A stretch of 64,000 nt of DNA from Eledone cirrhosa (Eukaryota): assembly GCA_964016885.1 (NCBI GenBank), contig OZ024748.1:52514001-52578000 (forward strand). The letters run 5' to 3'. A program made the position numbers and the translations under genes. The notes under the pieces are model-generated. The model saw nothing but the letters and a program-made list of their open reading frames with translations. It ran no database searches and was not told the origin of the DNA. The first letter of the stretch is position 1. Every line of letters starts with the position of its first letter. Shown piece by piece: positions 41,036 to 55,998 of this stretch.

Positions 41036-44000
41036 ATATATATATATACACACTTTGATTACCTGTACTGGCAATATTCATTAGAATGCTGATGAAGTGT
41101 ATATACATTTTGTGGGGACACCCTCTGTGTGTGTTTGTGTGTATGTATATATATATATATGTACTTAATGCCGAAGGGTGAAACCATTGCAGTCATTTTT
41201 CTCATGAAATACTGTCTATTTCAATAAATTGATTAATAATTTTGAGCTATTTACTAAAGTTATTATTTTAATCATGATAGTAACTTATATCCTTATTATA
41301 TAAAATTATTTTGGGAGATTTTAATTTAAAAAGGAACCCTGTATAATAGGTGTTTGGTTCATAGAACCAGAGCTAGTTTTAGTCAGTTTAGTAACAAAAT
41401 GCTTAATTATTCCTTCTACAACCTAAGTTAGAAAAACTTTGTTGAATATTAGGGTTAACAATTCCCTGAATTTCTTCCATTCCATCCTGCTTTGACTCTA
41501 GCTATTATACTTTCCTACACAATCAACCACTACAGTATTATATATGACATCCTAAAGGGTTTAATGTAAGGTTCTTATATAAAATTATGTCGTGAGATTT
41601 TAATATAAATTTGAAACCTTTAAAATGAGTGATTTTATTTCATAGAACCAGTGCCGGTTTTGGCCATGTTGGTAACTAAGTGGTTAAGCTGGTGTTTAGA
41701 AGATAATTTAAGTTTAATACTGAGGGAAGGGATGAATAAACCTTAAATTAGAAACCTGGTGTAAATGTTTGTATCAGAGTGTACTCTACTAATGATACTT
41801 AGAAGCTAGGTTGAGGTGTTAAACCAGACAAATGGATTAAGCCTATGACCCATCTCTCTACATTAGAGTATTGCACACATATTCAAGGATGGTGCTGCCA
41901 CTGCAAAAAAAGAAATTATTCAACGCTGCAGTGAAATCTCTCCATATAAACTACAAAAAAAAAAAAAAAAAAAATCAAACAAAAAAAATGGAAAAACAAA
42001 GAACATCACTCATAAATAAATATGAAAATATAGATTATATACATTCATGCAAGTGTGAGCATATGATCCTTTATGTGTGTACTCAAATATTTGTTTTATT
42101 TACGCAATAAAAATACATTCAGGGATGTAACAACTATCATCTCTATAACAGTATCTCGCCCCACTTCATCCCTTTCTCTATATATTTGATAGTTAACCTT
42201 CACAACAACTGCCGGTTCACTCAACCATATCAACAAAACAGTATTACATTATATCCTTCCTATGCAAGAACAATTCACAGCTAAAACTTCTAAAGACACC
42301 ATAAAATCTAGACCTCATAAATTCACATGTAAATTACATATACAACATTGCCAAAATCAGGATCCAAAAGACTACAGCCTTTCCGTCATAACCAGAAATT
42401 ACTTACTAATTTTTTTTATTTAATTAACGTTTTTAATTTTACAAAGCTGTTTATACAAAAACAAACTCACACTTTAATTAAAGGGAGCAATAAAGAAAGA
42501 AAAAAAAAGGAAATGAAAAGTAAAAGAAAAAAGGAATCATGCAATGAAAAGAAAGGGTGAGGGGAAGGGTCAGACACTATACGTCAGTCTAAGAGGTGCC
42601 TCAGCTGCACCCCTTGGACAAAATGTTAAAGGTGTTACTGGGGAGAATGGCCAGAGACCCCTGCTGCAACAGCCATCCCACCTCAAGCAAGCTGCTGTCT
42701 TTTCTGTTTTATGGAATAATTTTCTAGTCTGTACTAATCTGAAGAGCAGCCCACCATATCGTGCTAATTTGCTTAATTAATAAGTCAAATGAGTAAAACA
42801 TTTGTCTCTTAATTTTAGAAAGAAATTATGAACCCAGCAGTATGTGTTGGTAACTTTCGAAGACAGAAGTAGATGGGTAAAATAAATTAATTTCTGAAAA
42901 TAAATTTACAAGCTTAAAAAGAAATATGGCCTTTGTTTGAAATCAAGGAGACAACAACTGGTATATATTGGGGTTACTGGATCTCATCAATATAACATTT
43001 TTCACTGACCCAATCAAGCTATTTCTTTTGGTATATTATAATTTTTTTTTCTTCTTCACCAACTTATTCCTGAAAGAGATGTGGGGACAGAGTCCTCAAG
43101 TACGCCTTCCAGCAGGTCCAGTCATAAGCAACTGTCTCCAATTGATCAGGCTTGATCGCTAAGCGTGACCAGACAAACTCATGAATTTTATATTTTTATA
43201 ATTATGTAAATTATTACTAACTTAAATTATTGGTCAAATCAAGCTACTTAGCAAAAACATTGAATTTCTTCATCCCTAGAACTGCAACTCTGGGGAATTC
43301 CCTTCGTGCCCACATCGTTTTTATAGGTATTAGCTGCGGGATGAAGATTAATCATATTCATATTAACATCACTGTTCTATCAAGCTGATCACAAAGTTCA
43401 TAGGAGCCAGCCCTCAGAATCAATGTTGACTTTTATCCTTTCAGAGTTGATAAGTAAAGGTATGTGGTTTAGTGGTTAGGGAATTGGATTAACAATCATG
43501 TGGTTGTGAGTTCGATTCCTGGACCAGGCAATGCATTATGTCCTTGAACAGGTACTTTATTTCACGTTACTCTTTCTGCTAGGAGTTGCAACTGGTAGAT
43601 AGTATTCAGCAATGGACAGACAAATGGAAACATTGCTGTACTCCACTCGGTAAGCTAATGAGGACTGAGATCTTGTTGATAGTTTTTTTTCTCCAGAGTT
43701 GATAAAAAAAGTACCTGGCGACCACTCGGGATTGATTGAATTAACACACTGTAATGATTTTTCAGAAAATGTCTAAATATTAGTTTATTAATTCAAATAT
43801 TTATAGTATCTTTACTAATGGCTAGATTTTTTTTGTTTGTTTTTTGTTGGGATTAGTGTTAGGAAGAGCACCCAGCCATAGAAACCAAGCCAAAACAGAG
43901 ATCCATATGAGCATAACGTAGTCTCCAGACCTGACTTGTCTCATAATATAACAACACATCTAACTCACGCAAGCATGGAAAATCAATGTTAAATGACGAT

Positions 44001-44755
44001 GCTGATAATGATTTTCAGTATTAGAGAAAAGACTGATATTTAATGTGATGCAGACATTATGTTATTTTGTACCTTTGAAGAAAGTCTCGTTAATGCGGTT
44101 TTATGTGGTACAGGAGGTTAAACATTTTTAAATCTTGATTTATAATACAAAGAACGAATCTGATTGGCAAATAGTTAAATTATAATTTAATAGATATTAC
44201 TGCAAAAGTTGTGATAGCAGGTTGCTTGTACTTGTTCATTTATCACTTATCAGTTAATTCTAGAGACAGAATTGTAAATGTACCATATTTAATTAGATAT
44301 TAGTTTCAATTCATGTGGTTTTAGAGCTTCTTGACGTAGATAGAACAATATATAGTTTTCCTTTTCTTTGACTACCTTAATATATGCTTAGGTATAGAAA
44401 TACGGACATATTTGTATGGTTGATTATATGCATACACATGAATAAATATGAATAAATATTCACCATATGTGTTTGTCTGATGTAAGTGTGAGCGTATGTG
44501 TGTCTGTTTGTGTATGTGTGTATGTATGTGTATGTGCACCTGTCTGTCTGTGCGTGTGTGTGTGTATGGGTGTGTGTGTGTGTGTGTGTGTATGTGTTTG
44601 TGTCTAAAAGAATTGGATACCTAGCACAATTAATATTACTAACATTATAGGATTATGATAATAGAATTACAATTATAATAATAATATTTATAAAGAATAT
44701 AATAACCATTTCAATTACAACATATGAGAAATAACAGACTAATTCTATGATACCT

Positions 44756-45263
44756 GGAGATATTAAGGATATCTAGATAGTGGTACAACTGGCTCAAGAT
44801 TGGAGATATTAAGGATATCTAGATAGTGGTACAACTGGGACAGGATCAGAGATATTAAGGATATCAAGATAGTGGTACAACTGGGACAGGATCAGAGATA
44901 TTAAGGATATCTAGATAGTGGTACAACTGGCTCAAGATTGGAGATATTAAGGATATCTAGATAGTGGAACAACTGGGACAGGATCGGAGATATTAAGGAT
45001 ATCTAGATAGTGGTACAACTGGGACAGGATCAGAGATATTAAGGATATCTAGATAGTGGTACAACTGGGACAGGATCAGAGATATTAAGGATATCTAGAT
45101 AGTGGTACAACTGGGACAGGATCAGAGATATTAAGGATATCTAGATAGTGGTACAACTGGGACAGGATCGGAGATATTAAGGATATCTAGATAGTGGTAC
45201 AACTGTGATAGGATCGGAGATATTAAGGATATCTAGATAGTGGTACAACTGGGACAGGATCAG
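44756..45263. repeat. 46-bp minisatellite, about 11 copies
   Basis: GAGATATTAAGGATATCTAGATAGTGGTACAACTGGGACAGGATCA. Confidence 0.95.
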
Positions 45264-45477
45264 CAAATATGGTAGAGTTGAGGGAGCACCTATGTCAAAC
45301 AATGGACTTTCTGGGGCTGAAGATGAAATAGTGGTGAGAGATCTTAAAGGGTTGTGCCTTGCATAAACAAAACATAAGCAAAGGACATGAAAGAAGGGAT
45401 GAACTGTCATCTGGCAAATGGAGTGTTATTGACATGGTAGGGTTAACTTCGAAGTTTACTAATCAAATATTCTAAAT

Positions 45478-46265
45478 CAGTAGACCCCAGCTACCAGGAC
45501 ATAGACTGGTACTGGGCCATGGATCATATGGTACTGGCCAGACAGAAAGAATAAAAACTTTCTTTCCATTGTATTGACTGTCGTGGTCTACCTTGTGTTG
45601 AGTTGAGTCAACCTTATGTTGAATTGAGTCGACCATATGTTGAGTTGAGTCTGCCTTATGTTGAGTTGAGTCTACCTTATGTTGAGTTCAGTCTGCGTTA
45701 TGCTGAGTTGAGTCTGCCTTATGTTGAGTTTAGTCTACATTATGTTGAGTTGAGTCTACCTTATGTTGAGTTGAGTCTGCCTTATGTTGAGTTGAGTCTA
45801 CCTTATGTTGAGTTCAGTCTGCGTTATGCTGAGTTCAGTCTGCGTTATGCTGAGTTCAGTCTACATTATGTTGAGTTTAGTCTGCCTTATGTTGAGTTGA
45901 ATCATGTTTCAATATAGATGTAATAATTAGATTAATAATAAAATTATATAATTATTTCTACTTTAGGCACAAGGCCAGCAAATACCCAGTGCATTACTGG
46001 TACTTTATTTTATCGACCCCATAAGGATGAAAGGCAAAGTCAACCTCGGTGGGATTTGAACTCAGATCGTAAAGGGACGTAACTATGCTGGAAAGCATGG
46101 TGTCCGACCCTCTGCTTTAATAATAATAAAATTATATAATATGCACTTTATCGTTTATTTTTTTTTGTTATGTGTGTGATCGACATTGACCCCAGCCTCC
46201 TTGTTCTTTGTAGAAATTGTCTGGCATGATACAGGTCCAGGGCAGAACAAGTTTGGGGACTGCTG
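45478..46265. mobile_element. hAT (Charlie-like) MITE containing a 21-bp minisatellite and a nested SINE
   Basis: TIR CAGTAGACCCCA / TGGGGACTGCTG; TSD TTCTAAAT / TTTTAAAT; 21-bp repeat at 45586-45903; SINE at 45950-46114. Confidence 0.7.
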
Positions 46266-47598
46266 TTTTAAATAACATAGGTGTAGACTACTGCTTTTGG
46301 AGAAACTATTTTGGGTGGGGGAAGGTGCAGCTACAGAGCTCAATATGGATGACAGAGAGTAAAGAAATTAATATTATAAAGAGGTAGGGTTGGTGCCGCA
46401 ACAAAAACATCTATTCCACCCTTTAAGGTAGTAATGTTTGTGCCATGATGAAAAGCAATTAGTCCACCTGGTAAGATGGTAGTGGTGTCGCCATGACAAA
46501 AAGCATCCAGTCTACATGACAATTTGTAATGTTGGTGCCATGACAAAAGCACCCAGTTCATCCTGTAAAAGAGTAGTGATGGTGCCACATCAAGAAGCAT
46601 CCAGTCCACCCTTTAGGTGGCAAAGATGGTGCCATGCCAAAAGTCTTCCAGTCTACCCTTTAATGTGATAGAACTGGAGTCATGAGAAAATGTTCCCAAT
46701 ACATGATTGTAAGCCCAATGCTCTGGCCACTAAGTATTGTTCATTAAGAGGTTATAACTGTGAGGAGGGCTTCAGTCCAGAATTTGAGTACACATGATGA
46801 CACAACAACTAGCACCCAGTCCACACTGTTATGTCGTCGTGTTGGTGACACAATAAAAAGTGTCCAGTCCACACTGTAACATGATTGGTGTCTGGAAGGG
46901 CATCCAGCCATAGAAACAAAGCCAAAATACAGATCTGTATGAGCAGGACGTGGTCTCTGGACTTGACTTCTCTCAAATGTGACCACCCATCTTACTCATG
47001 CAAGCGTGAAAAATGGATGGATGATGATGGTGGTGGTGGTGGTGGTGGTGGTGGTGGTGGTGAGACCACTGTCCTAGGAGATAAGCAATACTTCATTGCA
47101 GAGAAATCTGGTACATTGAAGGTAATCAACAGCTGTTGAAAGCTGAGATTTTTGTGCACATGAACCATGAAATGTATATATGTTCATGAGGAGAGACTGG
47201 AAATGAAGACAGTATTGTGTGTATTAGAGGGAGGGAGGGAGACAGAGAGAGCTAAGAGAAGGGGAACGAAGAGAGAGGGCACTATTAAGTATTTTGATCT
47301 GGCTAGAAAATCTATACAAAACCCCAAGATGTATGGCTTAACAAATACCAGGCTGAATAACAAGGGTTATTGTATTTCAGAATGATGTACGTATGGAAAA
47401 AGGACATTGAAATTACACACTCATATATATATATGTGTGTGTATATTTACACATACATGCACACCCACCACATAGTTACAATTATCTTCAAATAAATAAT
47501 CGGGTATGTGATTGTAAATTGCAAGATAAATAATAAATAAGCATAAATGCACAAGAAGAAAAGTGCATATATATATATATATGCACTTTTATTATTAT

Positions 47599-47641
<43 letters not shown>

Positions 47642-47688
47642 GATAGATAGATAGATAGATATATACCTAAAAATAGATTTAAAAAGTG

Positions 47689-47720
<32 letters not shown>

Positions 47721-48087
47721 ATTTCTTTCTCACTGACATGAATTTAAATCTGTCATGAATTTTAGATAACACCGACAAAAGAAATATATATAAATTTTAA
47801 AAAAAGGGAAATTATTTCAAAAACAAAATCTACAAAATTTCATATTGGAAACATAAACTGCTATTAAAGATTAATTGATTTTTATGAAAAGATTTGACAG
47901 ATATCCAGCCTATTCATCATATGAATTAATCCAAATTTCACTATTTATCTCTAACAGAGGAGAGTGATGTTTATTAATTTCCTGTTTAACGGAGAGATTA
48001 AAATTCGAAAGTTATTCAACTAGCTCTTCAATGAAACCCTTGAACAGAGTCCATCAATACAGACAATGTTGGCTGTATATATATATA

Positions 48088-48161
<74 letters not shown>

Positions 48162-48438
48162 CTCCTTTTTCAGTGTGTATGTGTGAAAAAGAAATCCTAT
48201 GTTACTTATATTTTTTACATACACACACACACATACTTATATATACATGTATATATATGTATATATATCATCATCATCATCTATATATATATATATATGA
48301 TGATGATATATGTGTGTGTGTGTATGTGTATAGATATATACATATATATGTATATATACATGTATATATGTTTATATATATATATATATATATGTGTGTA
48401 TATATGTTTATATATATGTATGTATGTATATATGTTTA

Positions 48439-48495
<57 letters not shown>

Positions 48496-48691
48496 GTTTA
48501 TATATCTATATATGTATATATGTAAATATATATCTATACATATATGTGTGTGTGTGCACATGTGTGTGTATATACACACACACACACATATATGTATAGA
48601 TATATATTTACATATATACATAAATATATAAATATACATATATAAATATACATATATAGATATATAAATATACATATATAGATATATAAAC

Positions 48692-48778
<87 letters not shown>

Positions 48779-49879
48779 TGTATGTATATTAGTTGATAGA
48801 TGAAGGTATATGATATTTATATTTAATTTCACAAATTTTGCTTTGATAAATTTCTTGAGCAAGAGAGAAAGAGAGCGAGGGTGTGTGTGTGTCTGTGTAT
48901 TTATTTATGTGTGTGCGTGTTTATTTTAATATATTTTTATATACACATTATAGACATACACATTCAAGCAAACATCTTGTGACAAATTATTAAAGTTCAA
49001 TAATAATAAAAAAATAAATTTGTTGAAGATTAAACGACATCTTTTGAAAGGAGAAGGAAAAAATACACACAAAGAACTATAATAAAAAAACTATATAACC
49101 TTTCTGACTTTGACAATAAGAGTATATTTTATCCTACATAGACAAATAAAGTTATCAATGTTCCTAGTTCCTGGCTGAAATATAATAGTTTGCTCATGTA
49201 TTTCTGCTATTTGTCACATCATATGATAGGTGAGATCACAACTGATACAAGATCAAACCTTCTCAATGAAAGAAGATATTGAGATGTGGTCTCATTATAA
49301 ATTTGAAATGTTCATCATAATCATCATTGCTACGTATAATACATAAATCTCTCTCTCTCTCTCTCTTTCTCTCTTGCAAACACACACATGAACACACACA
49401 AACACACATTCATTGTGTAAATATCAATATGTGTGTATACTAGCACCACATATGGCTGGGTATGAAGCAATAACTTTAAATTAGAAAATATATTGCCATC
49501 AAAATATCAAGATATACCTGCTACATGGTTTCAGTTTCTAGTTGCAGTTACTTTCTCTTTCACTATATTTCACTTAAGATATTGATTTGTGACTTAGTCA
49601 CACAGCGAACAATATTGGGGGAGTGGAAAGTCAATTAAATTGACACCATTCTGTTACTGGTACTTTATTTTATTGACCCTGTAAAGATGAAGGGAAAACC
49701 TAACATTGGTGGGATTTGAACTCAGAATGTAAATGGCCATAACACTATGCTGCAAAGTATATTGTCTGCTGCTCTAGTGATACTGCCAATCTACCACCCT
49801 TTCAATATATCCTCCTATATTTCACTTATAACATTAAATTAAGATTGTAGGTTTAGGAATTCTACAATACAAGTTTCTC

Positions 49880-50260
49880 TCTGAAAATGGGGTTCATCTG
49901 AAGGGTCTTTGGAGTAATGTTATTCAAAAGAGGGTATAGCCCAGAGATTCACTCTGGGTAGAGCCCCTACTTCTTCGAATTGAAGAGATCACAGCTCCGA
50001 TACTACAAGCATATGGTTAGAATGTCTCAGGAAAGAATCACTGGAGAGATTTTATGAGTAAAACCAACTAACAGGAGGCACAGGGGTAGACGCTGAGCAA
50101 GGTGGTTGGCTAACATCCATGAGCAGAGCTGGCCCTCACTTGGGAATCCAGCCAGATCAATTGAAGACAGTTGCTCCTGACAGGATCTGCTAGAAGTGTT
50201 TGAGCACTTTACTCCCATGACCCTCACAGGAATTAGTGGACAAAAACGAAGGAAGGAGGA
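49880..50260 (+). mobile_element. RTE (Rex3/Expander-like) LINE 3' fragment with frameshifts and stops
   Basis: VEPLLLRIE / SQLRYYKHMVRMSQER..PTNRRHRGR..RW. Confidence 0.75.
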
Positions 50261-52278
50261 AGGTTTTTCTGTACAAAAGAAAGGCTGGCTTTATGATGCT
50301 ACCTGTGAGGTGCAATGTTGCATGGGGGAAAGATATGAGCAATACATGCAGTAGCTTCCCCTTGGTATGTATGTGTATGTGTGTGTGTGTGTGCATGTGT
50401 GTGCATGTGTGTGTCGAGGGAGGAAGTTGTATTTGTGTGAAAACTATTACTTTCAAGCAGAAATACCCAAGAATCATTCATGTTCAACTGAGGTAACCCC
50501 CATTTCCTACCTTGCAAGAACAATGAAATAGACACCAAATTACCAGAATTGATAACATTGGCTAAAACTCTTAAAGACAGAACCACAGCCCAATATCTGA
50601 ATCCAGTAAAATAATAAAAGAATAGGCAGAGGGAATGTATGGATGTGTGTGTGTGTATGTATATATATCGACAGTCGCTTGACTTTCATCAAATCGGACC
50701 AAGGAAACAATGTTTCCGTTGGTCTTTCCAATTGCTAATACTCTCTATCGGTCGTGACTCCAGGTAGAAGGAGCAACATGAAATAAAGTGTCTTGCTCAA
50801 GGACATAACGCATCACCTGGTCCAGGAATTGAACTCACAACCTCCCGATTGCAAATCCAATTCTCTTACCACTCAGCCTCACACATATATATAAATATAT
50901 ACATACATATGGGCAAAGACAGAAAAATGAATGAATGCAGACAGTCCCATCTCATAAGTCAACTGCTAGAAATACATTGTTTCCGTGTTTTAAGATCGAT
51001 GCTACTGACTCTAGGGCACAAGGAACAGTAACAAATGAACAAAGGACAAGACGGTAGTCTTAATGACTATTTACAAATAAGAGAATATTTGTTAGTAACC
51101 CATGAGCTGCAACTGACAAAAAGAGATATTGACGGCGTCCAAAATATCAATTAGCTATGAAGATGGAGAATTAAAAGAGGTGGAAAAGATAGAGAATATA
51201 CAAACTGCTTCATTTGTATGATATCATCAAGAATGTTTTAATTATCTCATACAAATTAAACAGTTCTACTTCTGTAGAAGTCATTTCTATATAAAATAAA
51301 TATATATACATGCGTATGTGTGTGTGTATTTGTGTCAGAAGGGGAGGGCGAGTACATGTGTGTGTGTTTGTGCATGCATGCGTGAGTATGTTTGTGTGCC
51401 TCTACATGTGTCTGTGCATGTATATGTGTGCAAGTGTGCAAGTGTGTGTTTGTGTGTGCATGCATCTGTATGCATGTGTGTGTGTGTGATTTGAAATTTA
51501 AATATCTATGTGTATGTGTGTGTGTATATACAGACATACACACGAACAGTAGAAATAATAATAGAAAGACAAATAAAGTAATATATTAATGGATACAAAG
51601 AAGAAAAAGAATTTTAATCTGATTAATTCTCAAGAGCCAATATTTACAGAGTCTTTACTTACACTCTACATTAATGTTTCTGTTGAATTCAGTGTCTCTA
51701 CCTGGCATTTAATTGTCGGAACAGCATAAGATTTCAGAAGAAATCTGAAAATAGGATTGAGCCGTAACCCCAGACTGAAATAGACTACTAAATTCTATTA
51801 CAATGTCAAGTAGATCATTAATTGTTAATTTTAAAGAATTTCTTAAATTTAGACTTGAATAATTGAAAGTGGCAGTACATTGTACATTTCTTTTCATTTA
51901 TACAGAAATTTAGAATATTCTTTTAATATGTATTCACTCAATACATATATGTATGTATATATATTTTTAAATTTTAATTTTCTAACCATTTAACTCTGCC
52001 CCTGATTTTCTCAAATATGCAGGCAGGGTTAGAGATGAGAAAGGGTGTCTTGAGTTGCAAAAATTAGTAAATTCATAATCTTGAAATCTTAAGAATGTAA
52101 AATCTCAGTCGAATGAAACTGATAATGAATAAAGATTTAGCTTCCAAACTTTGTGTGTATTATAGATTTACAGCTGAAATAGATGTTAAATAGATGTTAC
52201 GATGTTTATAATCCAACATGCTATAACCATTAACCCTTTAGCATACACAATACTGAGATGACATGCTATAACCATTAA

Positions 52279-52744
52279 CCCTTTAGCATACACAATACTA
52301 AGATAGTATGGACATGGAGGATGACTGCTGGGTAAAGAAGTGCCAAGAAATTCCAGTGGAAGAAGATGTAGTAGAGGAAGACCACGAAAAACATGGGTGG
52401 AGGTGGTGAGAGCAGACCTCAGATCACTGAGACTCATGGAGGAGATGATGAAGGAACATAAGTGGAGAGATGCTGTGCTGACTAGGATCTGTCCCACCCT
52501 TGCAAGCAGGGAAAAGTGGACGTAAAATGATGATGATGATGAATACTCTATATATATTATATTTTCACAGTAAAGGCTTTACCTCACATAATTATCTCAC
52601 GTAATATAGAATGTATGAGATTTTGATGTTATATATTTTGAGAACAACACCTTAACATAAGTATGACTGACTGGTTACAGCCAGTTTGAACAGAAAGAGG
52701 TGAGAGAATTCTGGATGGATATGGCTGGTTTAAATGCTAAAGAG
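52279..52744. mobile_element. piggyBac-like MITE interrupted by an RTE LINE 3' fragment (52306-52541)
   Basis: TTAA-CCCTTTAGCAT..ATGCTAAAGAG-TCAA ends; the insert encodes GRPRKTWVEVVRADL and is flanked by AATACT. Confidence 0.65.
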
Positions 52745-54709
52745 TCAAACTATCAACATATTTTATCCCTCTCTTCTCCTTACTAACTATGGAAGGAAAA
52801 ACATTTGACAAGATCCCCGACCTACTGAGTGCGGTGGAATTCGTCAAATCAGACCAATGAATCAATGTTACTACTTAATTAGAGCCACTCTTCACTTAGA
52901 CGAGTCAGGTGACCACAGCTCACTCAAATATGTGTCACCTAGGCATGATTCCTATGTTTGGCAGCTATTCCTAACCACTTTACAGAGTGCATTTTATTGT
53001 AGCTCTGGCACTAAACACATTGTCTTGCCTTGTCCGTGAAGTGACTGAAGGATTCTCTCTAGTCTTTATGGTACGGTTTCTATCACTGGATGATCTTTCT
53101 GGAGCCAACCACCTTGTAGAGTGTACTAGGTGTGTTTTATTATGTCTCCAACATCAGAGAGGTTGTCTTATTTAAATTTTATTTGTTAATCAATTGATTT
53201 GTTTACCAAGTTGGATGAAACTCATTAAATCAGACTAATGAAACAATTTTTCCATTGGTCTTTCCATTGCTGAATACTATCTACCAGTTGCAACTTCTAG
53301 AAGAAAGACCAACGTGAAAGAAAATGTCTTGCTCAAGGACATAATGCATCGCCCGGTCTAGGAATCGAACACGCAACCTCACAATTGTGAATACAATTTC
53401 CTAACCACTTAGTTACATGCCTTCACTATACAGCAATAGAACGTATTCTACACTAATGATCTCTGTGCCATCCCACTCCAAACCCATTTCATGCACCTAA
53501 CTGCTTCTTTTCAACATTCCTAATTGATCCCATTCAAAACTATAGATATAAAGTGCGCCTGTATCGAATGGCTTCAATTTTATTTTATTTACATCTTTAA
53601 ATATAGATAGAACTGTTGGAGGAATTTGTTTGCTTGGATGTCATTATTAAACTTCATATTCTTTGTAATTCATTTAAAGACACCATTAATATTGTTTTAA
53701 TTCCACCATTGAAACCAAATTATTTTTACCAAATTCTACCTTCATGCTCAGAACTCAAGGCCTTGTAGTTAGGGTGTTAGACTTACAATCATAACATCAT
53801 AGGTTTCATTCCTGAACCATCTTCTGTATTATGTTCTTGAGCAAAACACTTCATTTCGTGTTGCTTCAGTATACTCGGCTGAAAATGAATGGCATTCTGT
53901 CCAGGGACAAATCTTGTATTCTTAGTCACTCAATGCCAATGAAACTAGGAAAAACATCATCTTAATGAACGTCTAAGCTTGAGGTAGACTTTAGACACTC
54001 AAAACTTCAACCTCTGGATTGCTCTAACTACAAACAACTGCTCCTCTTCCTCAGATTAAGCAAGAACAAAAAAAATTTATGACTGTTTAAAAATAAATTT
54101 TATGTAAGTTTCAAAAAGCTGGTACAATGTGGTAGAAATATACAATGGGCGAAGGATGACAAATAAAGTAATGTTTTACCCAATATATTTCAACATTGAT
54201 ATTTCAGGGTTATAACTCTCTTTTCAAATGTGAAACAGAAACAGTTTAAAACAAAAAAATATGATGAGATACTGTAGTGTATGAAACATAAACAACACAA
54301 TAGCTTATATCTTGTGACTGTCACCTGTAAATTCATGACAAAATGCTAGAGCTTCATAACAAAATTATTTAGAGCCTATATATGATTTGGGTTTCACTGT
54401 ATTATTGAAAACTTTTCTCTGCTATCCAGCTACAGTTTTTGCTGCAATTGAAGCTGTCTGTAACAGTAGCACTTATTTGAAGAGACATTTTGCCAAAGTA
54501 CCATTGTGACTTGTTCTAAATTAGCTTTCAGAATATATTACACTATTAACAGACATTATCAGAGAATAATTGCTGACTAGTTGGCAGGTGTTAGCTATAT
54601 GATTATGACTTTCTGATATATGAAATAAGATTAACCTAGTAATACTAATGAAATGTGATAGTGCTTTCTGCTTTAGCTTCTTACTGTTTCTTGTGCTCTT
54701 ATTTAGTAA

Positions 54710-54802
<93 letters not shown>

Positions 54803-55209
54803 CTACTACTACTACTACTACTACTACATAATAATAATAATAATAACAATAATAATAATAATAATAATAATAATGATTGTAAAAGAAGAGAAATGAACAA
54901 GAAACTTCACTCTTAATGTAATTTTGTTTCTCACATTTTCTACACGAAACTGCTTGTGAAGTTGACTTACACTTTCGTTCTACTTAAGATTGATAAACTA
55001 ACTCCTATATAACTAGCATTATTATCAATATGGTTGTAAAGAAACAGAAGGTGTACAATGCTTAACTAAACACAAGGGAATATTTAGCCTAATACATCAA
55101 ATTTAAAAGGCATCTTTGATTTCCAACCTACAGATATCAGTAGAAATAAGTATAAATGAAGAATTATTGAATAATTATTTGAAGAATTATCATTATCATC
55201 AATAAATGA

Positions 55210-55625
55210 TTGGCAGTATCGGTAGAGAGTCGGATGCCATGCTTTCCAGCATAGAGTTACGTCCCTTTACGGACTGAGTTCAAATCCCGCCAAGGTTAAC
55301 TTTGCCTTTCATCCTTACAGGGATGGTCGATAAAATAAAGTACCAGTAATGCACTGGGATAATTTCTGGCCTTGTGCCTAAAGTAGAAACAATTATTATT
55401 ATTATTACAGATTGGCAGAAACGGTAGAGCATCATACACCATGCTTCCTGACATAGAGTTACGGCCCTTTAGATTCTCAGTTCAAATTCTGCCAAGGTTA
55501 GCATTGCTTTTCATCCTCATGGGGTGTATAAAATGAAGTACCAGTAATGCATTGAGATCAATGTAATCATCTTTCCTCTAGCCCAAAATTGTTGGCCTAA
55601 TGCCTAAATCAGAAATCACAATTAT
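55210..55625 (+). mobile_element. Two tandem copies of the second SINE family
   Basis: TGGCAG(T/A)ATCGGTAGAG A box, GTTCAAAT B box, shared internal domain, (ATT)n tails. Confidence 0.85.
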
Positions 55626-55650
55626 CACTACTACTATTATTAGTTACATG

Positions 55651-55998
55651 AAGGCACATGGCTTAGTGGTTAGAGCATTGGCCTTGCAATCGAAAGGTTG
55701 TGAGTTCAATTCTCAGACCGGGTGATGTGTTGTTTCCTTGAGCAAGGCACTTTATTTTGCATTGCACCAGTTTACTCAGCTGTAGGAATGAGATGATAGG
55801 GACTGGGGTCCATATCATTCCACTGCAAAGTGGTCGTGGAGGTGCCATGACAAAAAAGCACCCAGCACTCACTGTAAACGAGGTTGGTGTTAGGAAGGGC
55901 ATCCAGCTGTAGAAATCAAGCCAGAATCAGTTCCCGTCCCACCCTTGCAAGCAGGGAAAAGCGGACGTAAAATGATGATGATGATGATGATGATGATG
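55651..55998 (+). mobile_element. tRNA-derived CORE-type SINE, tail type A
   Basis: Near-identical to 18762-19104. Confidence 0.9.

Noticed and set aside
41860-41970. Possible minus-strand exon after a poly-T..TAG acceptor
   Set aside because: Short, with no recognisable protein similarity and no clear donor or partner exons.
45603-45917. 104-aa ORF of YVELSLP repeats
   Set aside because: In-frame translation of a 21-bp minisatellite inside a MITE.
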